This document shows positions 19,201 through 28,710 of a DNA stretch of 64,000 nucleotides, piece after piece. The translations under genes and the position numbers were made by a program. The stretch covers positions 1-64,000 of IMG/VR virus record IMGVR_UViG_3300032242_003291. One strand, written 5' to 3'. The notes under the pieces are model-generated. The model had not been told where the DNA came from, did not search any database, and was given only the letters and a program-made list of their open reading frames with translations. Position 1 is the first letter of the stretch; each line of letters opens with the position of its first letter.

Positions 19201-21396
19201 CAAATCACTTGTCGTAGCAAAATAATTTCTATTATCGGGATAAGTTTGTGATGCAGATTGGACATCTTTGAAAAGAGTTGGATTTTTAATCTTGTCAGCT
19301 CTACCAGATAATGTCGGTGCAAGAATCAACGCGTTAACCTGGTTAATTGTGTCGTAATTCTCATCTGTCACAGGTACAGTTGTTATTTTTTCTTCATAAA
19401 CAATTAGACTATCTAAATACAATGAAGGGTTTGATATTTGAGTTAAAACTCCTTGGGCTGGTAAAGCTCCATCGGCAGCGTCACTACCTGCTGTAGTTTG
19501 TTCAGGTGTACAATCACAAGCTTGGCAGTCAGGATAGGTAATCATTGGTAATTTTATTCTACCAAATGTGTACCTCACAATATCTCTAAATTTGACAAGT
19601 AATAAAACTGTTAATGCTGTCCAAAGAAGTCCTTTTGCAACGAAAGGTGCAACCATAGCAAGAGTTGCTCCAAAAGACCCTGTTGCCGCAATTCCCGCAG
19701 CGACCGCTGATGCATATTCTTGGACTGCGTTGTATCCAAAATATAAACCTAACAAACCAAGTAGCACAACCGCAAAATTATTCCATAAAAATGCAATAAA
19801 ATGATAAGCTATTAATAATGGTATTCCAATCAATTGGAATATCTGCATTAAAATAGAAAACAAGAAAAATAAAAAATCAAAATTTCTGAATCCATCGTTT
19901 GTTGGAAATTTGTTGGCAGTTGTTTCACAATCACTACTATCAATTTCTTTTATCCCAATGAATCTTCCTTTCGCACCTTTTTTATATTCACTTATTAAAC
20001 TTGCTATGGTATAAACTCGATTGAATTCAAACAAATAAAAAGTGTCTTCACAATTAATTTTTGAATTCAAAACATCTATGTTGCTTGGTACTGTGCTATT
20101 TGAAAAACCTTGAGTATAACCTGTCCAATCTAATCCAAAATAATAGGAACTTGACAATCTTTGTTTGTTAATATTTGGCGTAGCTATGTCAGTATTTGGG
20201 TCGGACCCTTGGGAAGTCCAACCGTACTCTCTAACGTTAGGTACTAAATAATATGGTCTTTTTGTTTGTTCATTAACAACTGATGATTGAGACCATTTGA
20301 TTTTGAATCTGTATTTTGCCTTTGTAGGAATACCAATTGTAGGGTCATGGGATATTACTTTTTCACCAAATTCATTGGTTATAACGTATTCTAAATTCAT
20401 TGGCAACTCAGTCAACCAAGAACCTGTACCATCAATAATATTACCTGATTGTTCTATTTGATATTGTTCAAGAACAGGGTTACCATTAGAATCCTGATTG
20501 ATAGTTTGTCTTATAGCTAAAATTTGCCCAGGTCCAGCAATTAGTCCACACAAATTACCCATGTCATCTTTTGGCTTAGCGTCGTCTTTAACACGATATT
20601 TGTCAGGGGTTGAAATGATTGAACCCATAAATGTTGCCGTAGGTTCTATGTTAATGTTAAAATCATCTCTTAAATCAAAATCAATTCGGTTAATCGCAAT
20701 TTGACATATTGTTGGGTCCCCCCACAATGGTGACACTTCAATTGTTTTACTTAAAGAAATTATTTGAGGAAGTGAATTCAAATCTGGTGATGTTTTGAAA
20801 TTAGCTCCCGCAACTTGAGCCTCTGTTGCTCTCCCCATTCTAATTAAATCTTGGGGTGTTAGTGAAAACTCACCTATATCAGATAAATCCAAATCCATGA
20901 AAACGGTCTGAACTCCTAATGGAGCCCCCATTATCATGTAATCACCACTCTCATTTGTTTTAGAAGTAAACTTGTAATATTTGTCATATATTTCAACAGC
21001 AGTTGAACCCGTGAGTGCATCTAATCTTGATGGTAATGTTCCTGTCGCTGCATGTGTAGAATAAGATTTTTCATAAGGTAATAGGTTATATCTGTACCCG
21101 TCAGAATTCTTATCAGTTGGCGATTTGTAAGGGTATATTGATGATATAATAGGATTGGATTCATCAACTACTTCAATTGGTATAAAAATTGAAACTCTTG
21201 CATTTGGAAGACCAAATCCGTTATTTGCCGTAACTCTACCGACAACAACACCATAGTCTGCACAATTTCTTGTATAGATATCGGCTTGTTGTATTTTCAA
21301 AGATAAGATTTCTAAAAATTCAAAATCTTGTTCTAAGTCTACATTGATTGTTTTGTTTACTCCGATGTCGGTTTTTATTCTGTAGGATTGACCCAT
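16210..21396 (-). CDS. Large virion protein with N-terminal carboxypeptidase-regulatory-like domain and a central hydrophobic (TM) segment, 1728 aa
   Basis: VVVGRVTANNGFGLPNARVSIFIP near the N-terminus; ~100-aa hydrophobic stretch at about 19590-19880; TATTTATA at 21413-21420. Confidence 0.6.
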   Translation of the reverse strand: MGQSYRIKTDIGVNKTINVDLEQDFEFLEILSLKIQQADIYTRNCADYGVVVGRVTANNGFGLPNARVSIFIPIEVVDESNPIISSIYPYKSPTDKNSDGYRYNLLPYEKSYSTHAATGTLPSRLDALTGSTAVEIYDKYYKFTSKTNESGDYMIMGAPLGVQTVFMDLDLSDIGEFSLTPQDLIRMGRATEAQVAGANFKTSPDLNSLPQIISLSKTIEVSPLWGDPTICQIAINRIDFDLRDDFNINIEPTATFMGSIISTPDKYRVKDDAKPKDDMGNLCGLIAGPGQILAIRQTINQDSNGNPVLEQYQIEQSGNIIDGTGSWLTELPMNLEYVITNEFGEKVISHDPTIGIPTKAKYRFKIKWSQSSVVNEQTKRPYYLVPNVREYGWTSQGSDPNTDIATPNINKQRLSSSYYFGLDWTGYTQGFSNSTVPSNIDVLNSKINCEDTFYLFEFNRVYTIASLISEYKKGAKGRFIGIKEIDSSDCETTANKFPTNDGFRNFDFLFFLFSILMQIFQLIGIPLLIAYHFIAFLWNNFAVVLLGLLGLYFGYNAVQEYASAVAAGIAATGSFGATLAMVAPFVAKGLLWTALTVLLLVKFRDIVRYTFGRIKLPMITYPDCQACDCTPEQTTAGSDAADGALPAQGVLTQISNPSLYLDSLIVYEEKITTVPVTDENYDTINQVNALILAPTLSGRADKIKNPTLFKDVQSASQTYPDNRNYFATTSDLPIGERINVFNLRNKYFQGVNKIKVTFASNQNMVSHYDNTLTVLSAVDAQPGDLLSFVSPSLSKDKNYLWTGQSESGGVLLNGINGTLKNKPFQIDVKYATSQTTDTSVSYLLPSGQTDCVVSFTVDVITNGVLTYQDCSGSAHTVTLIAGTTQTISNVNCINTTNISATGDYRIVDYGESCQRYVYPSDIEYYQVLTAITITKTVVNGTTQYSIPQLGTGYGIWPLLTTSSTIDKYINGLHGGYRFVESSNLAAYEYFGGFEAQKILILQRGVDPYSPKYVNKYGIGKILGHTNEDDVVITASTRLNIPIQKLPDGSTTTVQQHNNQNNIFFSSYVYTPTIQGFPQSNQSGNNFSAYTTPNLGFYGALDSNVSSINANATVYTDTTFTTNTPSSPSGVITKTSNRFYLSQVADNRYDLSEDLSGGSILYGYPYNKYYQCVGFLSSVFGCNSDSYDAVSGQAKDVYFSPILYPKFTGSNEVNITQYNKNVMRTDRLPSSDYIDNGPNLNGSVSLLQQNLGFSVYTYNGNGGTYTSSSYSTGADIVTATISGQVYSQNVVESLSVCSQMVGLNCYSGYSGTFGISSGCQAGDSIENGCYTLVNRPLLDLGKDLSAFEEWAYRFRFFYGLCRGVLAQSFVNNWVNGTLYVFPIQVDTYFDKQNKPLPPVFAKQLVYFDDKTNNFYFRSSPYYVNQSQPFKGAPRSDNNPLNDRELLFPTTIINLGIKASFYQEIIFDPSARAYIMNTLSPTSFSDTSDLVNLFVISRIANSSFLKELISFGDNGLDKLFSRPQKRVDGDLAQTLSINSEYGVVPFSQEFYDSDGTINSPVSVYGGSSNPTIGIFFSSTTQNLQDKDFITPGVIDFRPAANVNAITYPYGIFSQQVPFYKWGYNGNSTRTIFGDEKNSWKTNSSQIMAMNYQSLSRRALTDEYFISPNSQIGDIYERGYIFNINGTGGYDANYVPPYNYFLVGAPFHFYFGLVKGQSAFDKFKTKYSVNV

Positions 21397-21494
21397 TAAA
21401 ATCTCTTTAACTTATAAATAGTTTATGTGTTATTTTTCAAGGTGCACACATACACATTATAAATTATAAGTCAAAGTTTTAATAAATAAATGTG

Positions 21495-23333
21495 TTAAGA
21501 GAAAGTCACAGATTGGAAATTCTTAACTAAGACTCTAACATCTTTGTTTGGATAACGAATCTGATAAACTTGAGAAGGTTGTGCAAAAATAGTATCATCT
21601 ACAGGTTGTATTTGATTAGTTGCTGGGTCTGAATATACCATAGATGTTTGTGCTGAAGAATATTGTCCTCCAACCATGTTATAAACATTTAATCCCGCAA
21701 CAGTTAATACACCATTTTGATTTTGGATAATACTTCGAAGTTCTGATAGATATACGTTTTGACCTAATTGTCTTGTTTGAGGGTTGAAGTACGTGTTAAC
21801 TTTATCAATAACATTTGAAATAATCTGACCTGAGTTTTGTGCTGAGTCTAATACAATAGAAACTTCAATACTTAAATCGATAACTTCGGCACTTAATATT
21901 GAGATATAGTCATTCATCATTCTATAATTAGAAAGATAATTGGCAACATTTTGTCTTAATGTATTAGACACTAAGTTTGTCAATTTACCTGAAGTATCAT
22001 AAGATAAAAGTTGAATTAAAATTTTGTTGTCGTTTTCAGTTATTGATACCTTCGCTGGTGCACCAAATTCAGATGGCATATTTCTAATGATTGATTCATA
22101 ATCTTGAACAGTTACTGCTCTTTTTTGTGCCGAGAAGTTAAATGAAACATAGTTTCTAATTTCCTCCAAAGAAGGTACTCCCGCTCCACCAACAGCTGCG
22201 GTTACGTTGTTAGCTCTTAAAGAGTTAACAACTGATGAGTTCGTTGTTTCTGAAGGACCGTTAACGTAAAAAGAGACTGTACCAATTTGATTGATAACAT
22301 TTGTTCCCAAGTTTGTTGCCAAACCACCACCAACTCTATACTGAATAAACAATGTTGAATTTGGCGTTAGTGTAGAACCCAATGAAAAGTTATTCATATA
22401 TCTCTGTAAATCCAAAGTAGCGCCCACTGTTGTAAATTGGTTAAGTGAATCTTGAGCAGTATTTGTTCCTCCACCAAAAGTCATTTTTTTAAATCCTTCA
22501 GGTGTGAATTCACTGATAAATCTATTTGATGTTTGTATGTATCTACCAACTTTAATACCAGGTTGGTCTGAAACTTTTGTTGGGTCTTCAACAAAAACTC
22601 TATCTTCGGCTAAGGCGTCTACTTCATACCATCTGTTGGCTGCACCTAAAAATTCTGCAGCTGTAGGTACGTTTGTATATTCTGTACCACTCTTTAATAA
22701 AACACTTGTTATACCTAAAACATTTTTTTCAGGTAAAAATAATTCAAAGAATGGAACCACGTCGTTTGGCGTGATTACTCTTTTGAACACTTTTGTAATA
22801 CCATTTACCACAAGTTCCCTTTTGGTAATTGTATAATTAATTAAAACATTGTTGGCGTTGAAGTTAGGTATCTTTAGTCTATTTGGATATCCTTGAGCAT
22901 TATATGGTGATGAAAAATCGATATCATAAATATTTTCAAATACTATTCCTGCACCTGTTACTTGAGAACCTCTTGTTAAAATACCAAGATATCTTTCGTC
23001 TTCTTTGTCACCATAAGCTGGTACTGTGATTGAGAAATCAACTAAGGCAACTGATGGTCTTTGTCCTGGTAATTTCAAACCATAAGTTCTGGCAATGTTA
23101 TAAATTGAAGACCTTTGCTGTGCATATTGTAACACAGTTTCTTGAACACTTCTATCTATATGATAGTGCAAGTTATCAGCAACCGCAGCATTCAAATCAA
23201 TAAAAACTGAGAATACCGATGCATCATTAAAATCCTGAATTAATTCTGGATAATATGTTCTTACATAATTTAAAAGCTCGGTTCTTATACCTTCAAAATC
23301 CCTCGTTGTATACGATATTTTACGATTTGCCAT
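21495..23333 (-). CDS. Baseplate wedge subunit (T4 gp6 / P2 gpJ-like), 612 aa
   Basis: N-terminal DFEGIRTELLNY and C-terminal AVGGAG...EEIR...AQKRAVTVQDYE motifs; adjacent to the gp25-like gene. Confidence 0.85.
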   Translation of the reverse strand: MANRKISYTTRDFEGIRTELLNYVRTYYPELIQDFNDASVFSVFIDLNAAVADNLHYHIDRSVQETVLQYAQQRSSIYNIARTYGLKLPGQRPSVALVDFSITVPAYGDKEDERYLGILTRGSQVTGAGIVFENIYDIDFSSPYNAQGYPNRLKIPNFNANNVLINYTITKRELVVNGITKVFKRVITPNDVVPFFELFLPEKNVLGITSVLLKSGTEYTNVPTAAEFLGAANRWYEVDALAEDRVFVEDPTKVSDQPGIKVGRYIQTSNRFISEFTPEGFKKMTFGGGTNTAQDSLNQFTTVGATLDLQRYMNNFSLGSTLTPNSTLFIQYRVGGGLATNLGTNVINQIGTVSFYVNGPSETTNSSVVNSLRANNVTAAVGGAGVPSLEEIRNYVSFNFSAQKRAVTVQDYESIIRNMPSEFGAPAKVSITENDNKILIQLLSYDTSGKLTNLVSNTLRQNVANYLSNYRMMNDYISILSAEVIDLSIEVSIVLDSAQNSGQIISNVIDKVNTYFNPQTRQLGQNVYLSELRSIIQNQNGVLTVAGLNVYNMVGGQYSSAQTSMVYSDPATNQIQPVDDTIFAQPSQVYQIRYPNKDVRVLVKNFQSVTFS

Positions 23334-23338
23334 TACTA

Positions 23339-23809
23339 TTAAATATTGATTATTACAAAATCACTTTGTGCAAAAGTATTTTTATTGTTTGAGTAGTCTA
23401 TTTTAATTTTTGCAGTGTACTCAGCAGTCCCTTTACCAGGAAATCTATAGATTGGTGAACTAGTCGTACCCGCAGTTGCTTGTCCCGTACTTAAATCATA
23501 TTCTTCCATTGGGTCCAATGGAGTTATTGTAATATTATTTAATAACAGATTTGGCATAAATTTTGCAACGGCATCTCTGATATCGGATTGAATTGCATCA
23601 AAAGTTAATCCATCAAATGGTTCAAATATAAATTCATACAACCTTGTTCCAAAGTCAGGTAAAAAGTATCTTGACCCCTTTCTTGTTAAAAGGAGATGAA
23701 TTAAATCCGCTTTAATTTCTTCAGATTCTAATTCTGTTAGTTGAAGATAATCTCCTTGTGTTGAATTTTGGAAAGGAAAATTAAGACCGTATGTTACTCC
23801 TGCTGCCAT
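23339..23809 (-). CDS. Baseplate wedge protein gp25/GPW-like, 156 aa
   Basis: IKADLIHLLLTRKGSRYFLPDFGTRLYEFIFEP is the GPW_gp25 signature. Confidence 0.9.
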   Translation of the reverse strand: MAAGVTYGLNFPFQNSTQGDYLQLTELESEEIKADLIHLLLTRKGSRYFLPDFGTRLYEFIFEPFDGLTFDAIQSDIRDAVAKFMPNLLLNNITITPLDPMEEYDLSTGQATAGTTSSPIYRFPGKGTAEYTAKIKIDYSNNKNTFAQSDFVIINI

Positions 23810-23829
23810 ATAACATAAATATACATGGA

Positions 23830-24042
23830 TTATTTTTTTCTTAAAGAGCTTGTTCCTTTAGTATGTTTTGGGTCATAAGGGCAATGTCTGCAATAATTAC
23901 CGCAACAAGTCCCTCTTTTTATGTGAAACTCTTCTGTAAAAATAACTCTATCACCTTCTGTATAATAATGAGAAGGGAGAAGTTTATTAGACTCCTCCCT
24001 TTTATTATCATCTATTTCCTTTGATTGAACCGTAGATTCCAT
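23830..24042 (-). CDS. Small Cys-rich protein (DUF5522-like), 70 aa
   Basis: FTEEFHIKRGTCCGNYCRHCPY motif. Confidence 0.65.
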   Translation of the reverse strand: MESTVQSKEIDDNKREESNKLLPSHYYTEGDRVIFTEEFHIKRGTCCGNYCRHCPYDPKHTKGTSSLRKK

Positions 24043-24077
24043 TAATAATATTTTGAACTAAATTATCGTTTGACATA

Positions 24078-25940
24078 TTATACAAGTGTTACTTCACAAG
24101 CTCCACCAGCACAAGCTGCTTCACCACTTAAATCTGTATCATCGTCCATTTCAACGATTTTTGACAAATCAACATCATGAAGAGCTTTCATTAATTCTTC
24201 GTACTTGTCTTTAGTACAATCTTCAAATGGAGCTTGAATATATGTTCCACCATCGTAAGGTAATACAGAAAGACCATTATAGTATTCTTTGTTTTCCCAC
24301 ATCCACTCACCAACCGCTGGCCATTCGTGTTCTCTAATTGAGATTGTTGCAGATACGTTATGAGCGTTTGAACCACTTCTATGACCTGGTTTAATCCATT
24401 CTTGTTGAACCTTCTTCACTCTCTCCAATAGTTGAATTGGTGATTCGTTTCTTAAGATTGAACCTTCAGGTGCCTTTTGTGGAATACCAATAACCGCTGT
24501 GTCATGTGGTCTGAAATATTCATCTTCTACTAATTCAGGGTGATTAACCGCTAAGTGACTATAAATTGCTTCGTTCTTACCAACTCTTACTCTTCTAACA
24601 TAGTAATCATTATGCCAAGCATGTATACCTGATGACGTACCTAATGTTAATGAAGTTGTTCCCGCAGGTTTAACTGTTGTTGTTCTTGCCGCTGGATTGA
24701 TTCCTAATAACTCAGCAACTCTTTTATTTTCTTCTTTAACAACTTTAGCTGCTGATTTCATATTCAAACCTAATACAGCTCCCGAACCGATACCTGTCAT
24801 TGATATTCCAATCAACGCATCTTTCTCTGTTGTTCTTTGCCAAATTGGTCTTAAATAGTGGAAATTAGTATATCCCGCTTGTAATGTTCCAATGAATGAT
24901 GCCGCTCTAACTCTACCTTCGTAATCTTCTTGAGATACAACGTTAGATACGTTAACTTCCGTTAGGTTACAGAATTGGAATGGTCTTAAAGCAATTTCAC
25001 AACAAGGATTAGTTCCCCAATCTTTATCATTACTTAAGTAGATACCAGGTTCGCCAGCACCACTTGCTTCAATTCTCTTCCATAAATCCATAAAGTAATC
25101 TTTAGTGATTTTGTGTCTCATCAAAACTGCAGAGTTATTAGCTCTACCTCTTTGTGGATTTGTTTCCCACCAAGCTCCACTCTTACATCCAATCATTTCT
25201 TCATCAGTTGCTGAGAATAATGAGATAAGAGCTGCTCTTCTGATACCACCCGCTAACACTGCGTCTGCAATATGACAAACGATATCATGTACTTCAATCG
25301 GACTTAGTTTTTCACCGTCTTGTTTTGAATCTAAGATTCCTTCAACTTTAATTAAACATTCTTTTAATGGTTGAGGACCAGGAGCTTTACCACCTGATGT
25401 GATAAGTCTTGCACCTTTTGGTCTAATATCACTAAAATCAAATTCTATCTTTGAACCTCCAAAGAAGTATGATTTTACTAACACTTTTACAGCGTCAGCC
25501 CATCCTTCAATAGAATCAGCAACTAACCATCTTCTACCTCTTTCTTTATTTGGTTTTCTGATTTCAGGTAAAGCATCAACGTGATGTTTTTGAACTGAAT
25601 AACCAACACCTGTTCCACCTAAAAGTAAGAACATAATTTCAGAGAATACTCTCCAATCATCGATTGGTGCGAATGCACAGTTGTAAATTCTGTTTGGTGA
25701 AATCTCAATAGGTTTTCCTGCGAATTGCATTGACCTCATTGATGGAAGAACTTGTTTCTTGTAAACATACATGTAGTTCTCTCTAATTTCTTTTTCTAAT
25801 TTTGGATATTGCTTAATATGCATCTCCATATTTCTTGTGACTAATTCTTGCCACGTTTCTCTCCTCTTTAATTCAGGGATATACTTTGCGTATTTCATAT
25901 ACACTGTGATATCACTAAGAATTCTGTTTGAAATGTCCAT
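24078..25940 (-). CDS. nrdJ: Class II (adenosylcobalamin-dependent) ribonucleotide reductase, monomeric type
   Basis: TNPCCEI active-site loop, FCNL, VKPAGTTS and C-terminal CAGGAC redox pair; no small-subunit gene nearby. Start revised to ATG 25940 (MDISNRIL). Confidence 0.9.
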   Translation of the reverse strand: MDISNRILSDITVYMKYAKYIPELKRRETWQELVTRNMEMHIKQYPKLEKEIRENYMYVYKKQVLPSMRSMQFAGKPIEISPNRIYNCAFAPIDDWRVFSEIMFLLLGGTGVGYSVQKHHVDALPEIRKPNKERGRRWLVADSIEGWADAVKVLVKSYFFGGSKIEFDFSDIRPKGARLITSGGKAPGPQPLKECLIKVEGILDSKQDGEKLSPIEVHDIVCHIADAVLAGGIRRAALISLFSATDEEMIGCKSGAWWETNPQRGRANNSAVLMRHKITKDYFMDLWKRIEASGAGEPGIYLSNDKDWGTNPCCEIALRPFQFCNLTEVNVSNVVSQEDYEGRVRAASFIGTLQAGYTNFHYLRPIWQRTTEKDALIGISMTGIGSGAVLGLNMKSAAKVVKEENKRVAELLGINPAARTTTVKPAGTTSLTLGTSSGIHAWHNDYYVRRVRVGKNEAIYSHLAVNHPELVEDEYFRPHDTAVIGIPQKAPEGSILRNESPIQLLERVKKVQQEWIKPGHRSGSNAHNVSATISIREHEWPAVGEWMWENKEYYNGLSVLPYDGGTYIQAPFEDCTKDKYEELMKALHDVDLSKIVEMDDDTDLSGEAACAGGACEVTLV

Positions 25941-26073
25941 TTTGTAAATTTTTAGGTGTAGATATTTTATTAAAAAATCGTTGATTTTTATGATAAATAT
26001 GTGGTCGAACACCAATCGACCAACATTTTCTAATTAAAAAAATAAGTTTTTTTTGAGAAAAGTAGATATTTAA

Positions 26074-27456
26074 TTAAATTGATTTTTGTTGTGCTTCTCT
26101 TTCTTTTCTTTTTTCAAGAAGCTCCTTAACTCTATCCCTCTTTTTCTCCTCTTGTTGACCCTCAAAACCTAAGAATGTTACTGAAGACTCAGTATCTATC
26201 TCAAGAAGTTCGTTGTTGAACTTACAATTTTCGAAGACAACTCCGTCTTTACCAAGACGCGACTTTGTGATGGCAATCGTTGCTAAGTTCATCTCTTTTT
26301 GTACAAGAGTCTTAGCTACCGTGATGATTACGTGTCCCACTTGAGCTTTCTTAATTGAACCTCCCATTTGGTCAGTAGTTACAACTTCAGACGAAATTGA
26401 ACTTCTATTACCCTGAGTTGCTGTCCAACCAACAAGATTTAATTCGTGACACATAGCCTCGAATCCTCTCATTACTGAACCCTCAGCTTTCCACTCATCT
26501 TTAGCGCTTGATTCAGGTAATACACAATCGATATAGTCCAACAAAACCAAATCAATTTTGTTACCGTCAGCAATCATTTTTCTAACCTGATTTTTGATTT
26601 GACCCATAGTAGTTGTATCGGATGCAAGTTTCTTAAGAATCAATTTGTTTTTCATTGTATCTTGAATCTCACCAATCTTATTCAATACTTCTTCCTTGTG
26701 ATTCGCCAAATTATCAGGTTCGATACCTGTCCATATTGTGAAGTGCTTTCTTTGTACAATCTTAGGGTTATCCTCAAAAAATATTTGAAGAACGTTATAC
26801 CCTAAGTTAAAGGCTGTATTTGCAATCTTGGTTAGGATAGTGGTTTTACCGACTCCTGTAGGAGCCAATATAACCCCAATCTCACCTTTGGCTAACCCAC
26901 CCTTAAGTAGATTGTCAATACCTGCAATACCCATCGGAATCGGATGTCTATAGTCCTCATCCAAAACTGTATCAAGTCCCATGAAGATGTCAGTAACATC
27001 CTTTTCAATTTCACCCACTTGAAGTGCTTCTCTAACCAACCCTTCAACTTTGTCATAAGATTCAAAGTCACCTTCTGTAATAATCTTTTGAGCCTTGTCC
27101 ATTGCCTTTTGTAACTCCTGTTGTTTACAGAACTTCAAAGCCTTTTCCTGTACAAAATGTGTACCCTCAAATGGTGCATCTTTGACTTGTTTTAGAGTAT
27201 CCAAAACAATCTTTGCAACCAACTCCTGTGAAATTTCTGATTTAACAATCTGTTCCAATGTATCAAAGTTTGGACAAGATTCGTACTTCACGTAATATTC
27301 TTTTATCATCTGTAAGATGATTTTAAAGTATTTGTTATCGAAGTATGAACTTTCAATTACATCAATGATTGATGATGCAAAATCTTTGTCTTCGATAATT
27401 TGGTTCAATAATTGTATCTGAAAAGTGTTCCCTAAGTAGTCAAAATTTTTATTCAT
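26074..27456 (-). CDS. dnaB: DnaB-like replicative helicase (T4 gp41-like), 460 aa
   Basis: Walker A APTGVGKTT, LDYID, WTATQGNRS, SRLG motifs. Confidence 0.9.
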   Translation of the reverse strand: MNKNFDYLGNTFQIQLLNQIIEDKDFASSIIDVIESSYFDNKYFKIILQMIKEYYVKYESCPNFDTLEQIVKSEISQELVAKIVLDTLKQVKDAPFEGTHFVQEKALKFCKQQELQKAMDKAQKIITEGDFESYDKVEGLVREALQVGEIEKDVTDIFMGLDTVLDEDYRHPIPMGIAGIDNLLKGGLAKGEIGVILAPTGVGKTTILTKIANTAFNLGYNVLQIFFEDNPKIVQRKHFTIWTGIEPDNLANHKEEVLNKIGEIQDTMKNKLILKKLASDTTTMGQIKNQVRKMIADGNKIDLVLLDYIDCVLPESSAKDEWKAEGSVMRGFEAMCHELNLVGWTATQGNRSSISSEVVTTDQMGGSIKKAQVGHVIITVAKTLVQKEMNLATIAITKSRLGKDGVVFENCKFNNELLEIDTESSVTFLGFEGQQEEKKRDRVKELLEKRKEREAQQKSI

Positions 27457-27490
27457 GTTTGTGTTTCGTTCTCCCCTTATTATTAAATAC

Positions 27491-27943
27491 TTACTTGCTC
27501 AAGTCAAAATCCAAATACTCGTAAGTTAATTTCCTGTTTGAAAAAATGTCAGTCAACTCTCTTAAGACATCTTTCAAAAATGGTCGTACATCAACCGTAT
27601 AACGAACTTTCGGTGGAAATAATTTTCCGTCAAAAATTCTATGACAAATTGTCTGTTCTCCTACCTTAACAAAAAGGTTAAAAACTTCAGGTCCATCAGT
27701 GAACGATGTGTTCATGATACTTGGGTCGCTCTCAATCGAGCTTCTGTTATCCATCATATAGATAACTGTTTTCATCTTTAGATAATACTGAAGTTCTTCT
27801 TTTAAAGACTTCATGAACTCATACAACTCTAAAGAGTTTTTTGCCTTTGGGTTGAACCCTCTAACGTTGAAGAATCTTTGAACAACGATGTTATCGTTAA
27901 GTGTCAAAAGAAACTCCATTTTGGTGCTGTCCATTTCTTTCAT
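27491..27943 (-). CDS. Hypothetical protein, 150 aa
   Basis: ORF filling the gap in the replication operon; no motif recognised. Confidence 0.6.
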   Translation of the reverse strand: MKEMDSTKMEFLLTLNDNIVVQRFFNVRGFNPKAKNSLELYEFMKSLKEELQYYLKMKTVIYMMDNRSSIESDPSIMNTSFTDGPEVFNLFVKVGEQTICHRIFDGKLFPPKVRYTVDVRPFLKDVLRELTDIFSNRKLTYEYLDFDLSK

Positions 27944-27963
27944 AGCGTTTAATTTGTGTTTTT

Positions 27964-28710
27964 TTAAGTTGTTTTGAAAATATCGTCAATTTTTTTTGTA
28001 ATACCTAAATCTTCGTCTTTATAAAAAATTACAGAATGTTTTGATTCTGGAGTTTCATCTGTGAAATAATATAATGCTAAAGAATACCTATCAATTCCTT
28101 CTGGTGTGTTTAGTGGAATTGGATGTCCATGTGGAGCATTTTCAATTGAAAATATTACCGCTCGGTTGAATATTGGTTCTACCTCAATTTTCTTTTCCCA
28201 ATTTTTCTTATCCCAAAGCTCAAGGTTCCCCTCCCACTCACTCTTCCAATTTTCATTTAGATAAATCAAAAGATTTAGTTTTCTTTGTTTCAAAGTACCA
28301 GGATGAGTATTATAATCAACGTGAACTGATAATTTACCCCCATTTGAAATTTTATGAATACCACCTCCCAAAAGAATAGGGTCTCTATATAAACCATCAA
28401 AACCTGTTAACTTTTGTAAGAAATCTATAAATGAGTCACTGTTCAAATAATCAAAAATCAAATTGGTGATAGGTATTTTTTTCGAAAAGTCTTCAACGTT
28501 CGAATCGTAGTTAGGATAATAAAATTTATTTACTTGAAATTCTTCGACCCACTTTTCTTGATTATGAAACCACTCATTGTGATTTTTTAATTCTGTTACA
28601 CATTTTTTTAGTAAAAACTCAGGTAAAAAATTATCAATCACAATATAAGGGAAGGGATTTGCTGTTTGGTATTGAACCCTTAATTTATCTGATAAACTAT
28701 AATCTATCAT
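27964..28710 (-). CDS. 2OG-Fe(II) oxygenase (prolyl-4-hydroxylase-like), 248 aa
   Basis: HVD...HGH facial triad, RYSLALYY 2OG-binding Arg, ANPFPYIVIDNFL N-terminus. Start revised to ATG 28710 (ATGA overlap with the exonuclease stop). Confidence 0.85.
   Translation of the reverse strand: MIDYSLSDKLRVQYQTANPFPYIVIDNFLPEFLLKKCVTELKNHNEWFHNQEKWVEEFQVNKFYYPNYDSNVEDFSKKIPITNLIFDYLNSDSFIDFLQKLTGFDGLYRDPILLGGGIHKISNGGKLSVHVDYNTHPGTLKQRKLNLLIYLNENWKSEWEGNLELWDKKNWEKKIEVEPIFNRAVIFSIENAPHGHPIPLNTPEGIDRYSLALYYFTDETPESKHSVIFYKDEDLGITKKIDDIFKTT

Noticed and set aside
25955-26070. Repeated AAATATCTAC upstream of nrdJ as NrdR boxes
   Set aside because: Only a partial match to the NrdR consensus, lacking the flanking CAC/GTG arms; plausibly chance in AT-rich DNA.
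3-28710. 2OG oxygenase as the prolyl hydroxylase for the collagen-like fibre
   Set aside because: No proline was seen in the Gly-X-Y array, so there is no substrate.
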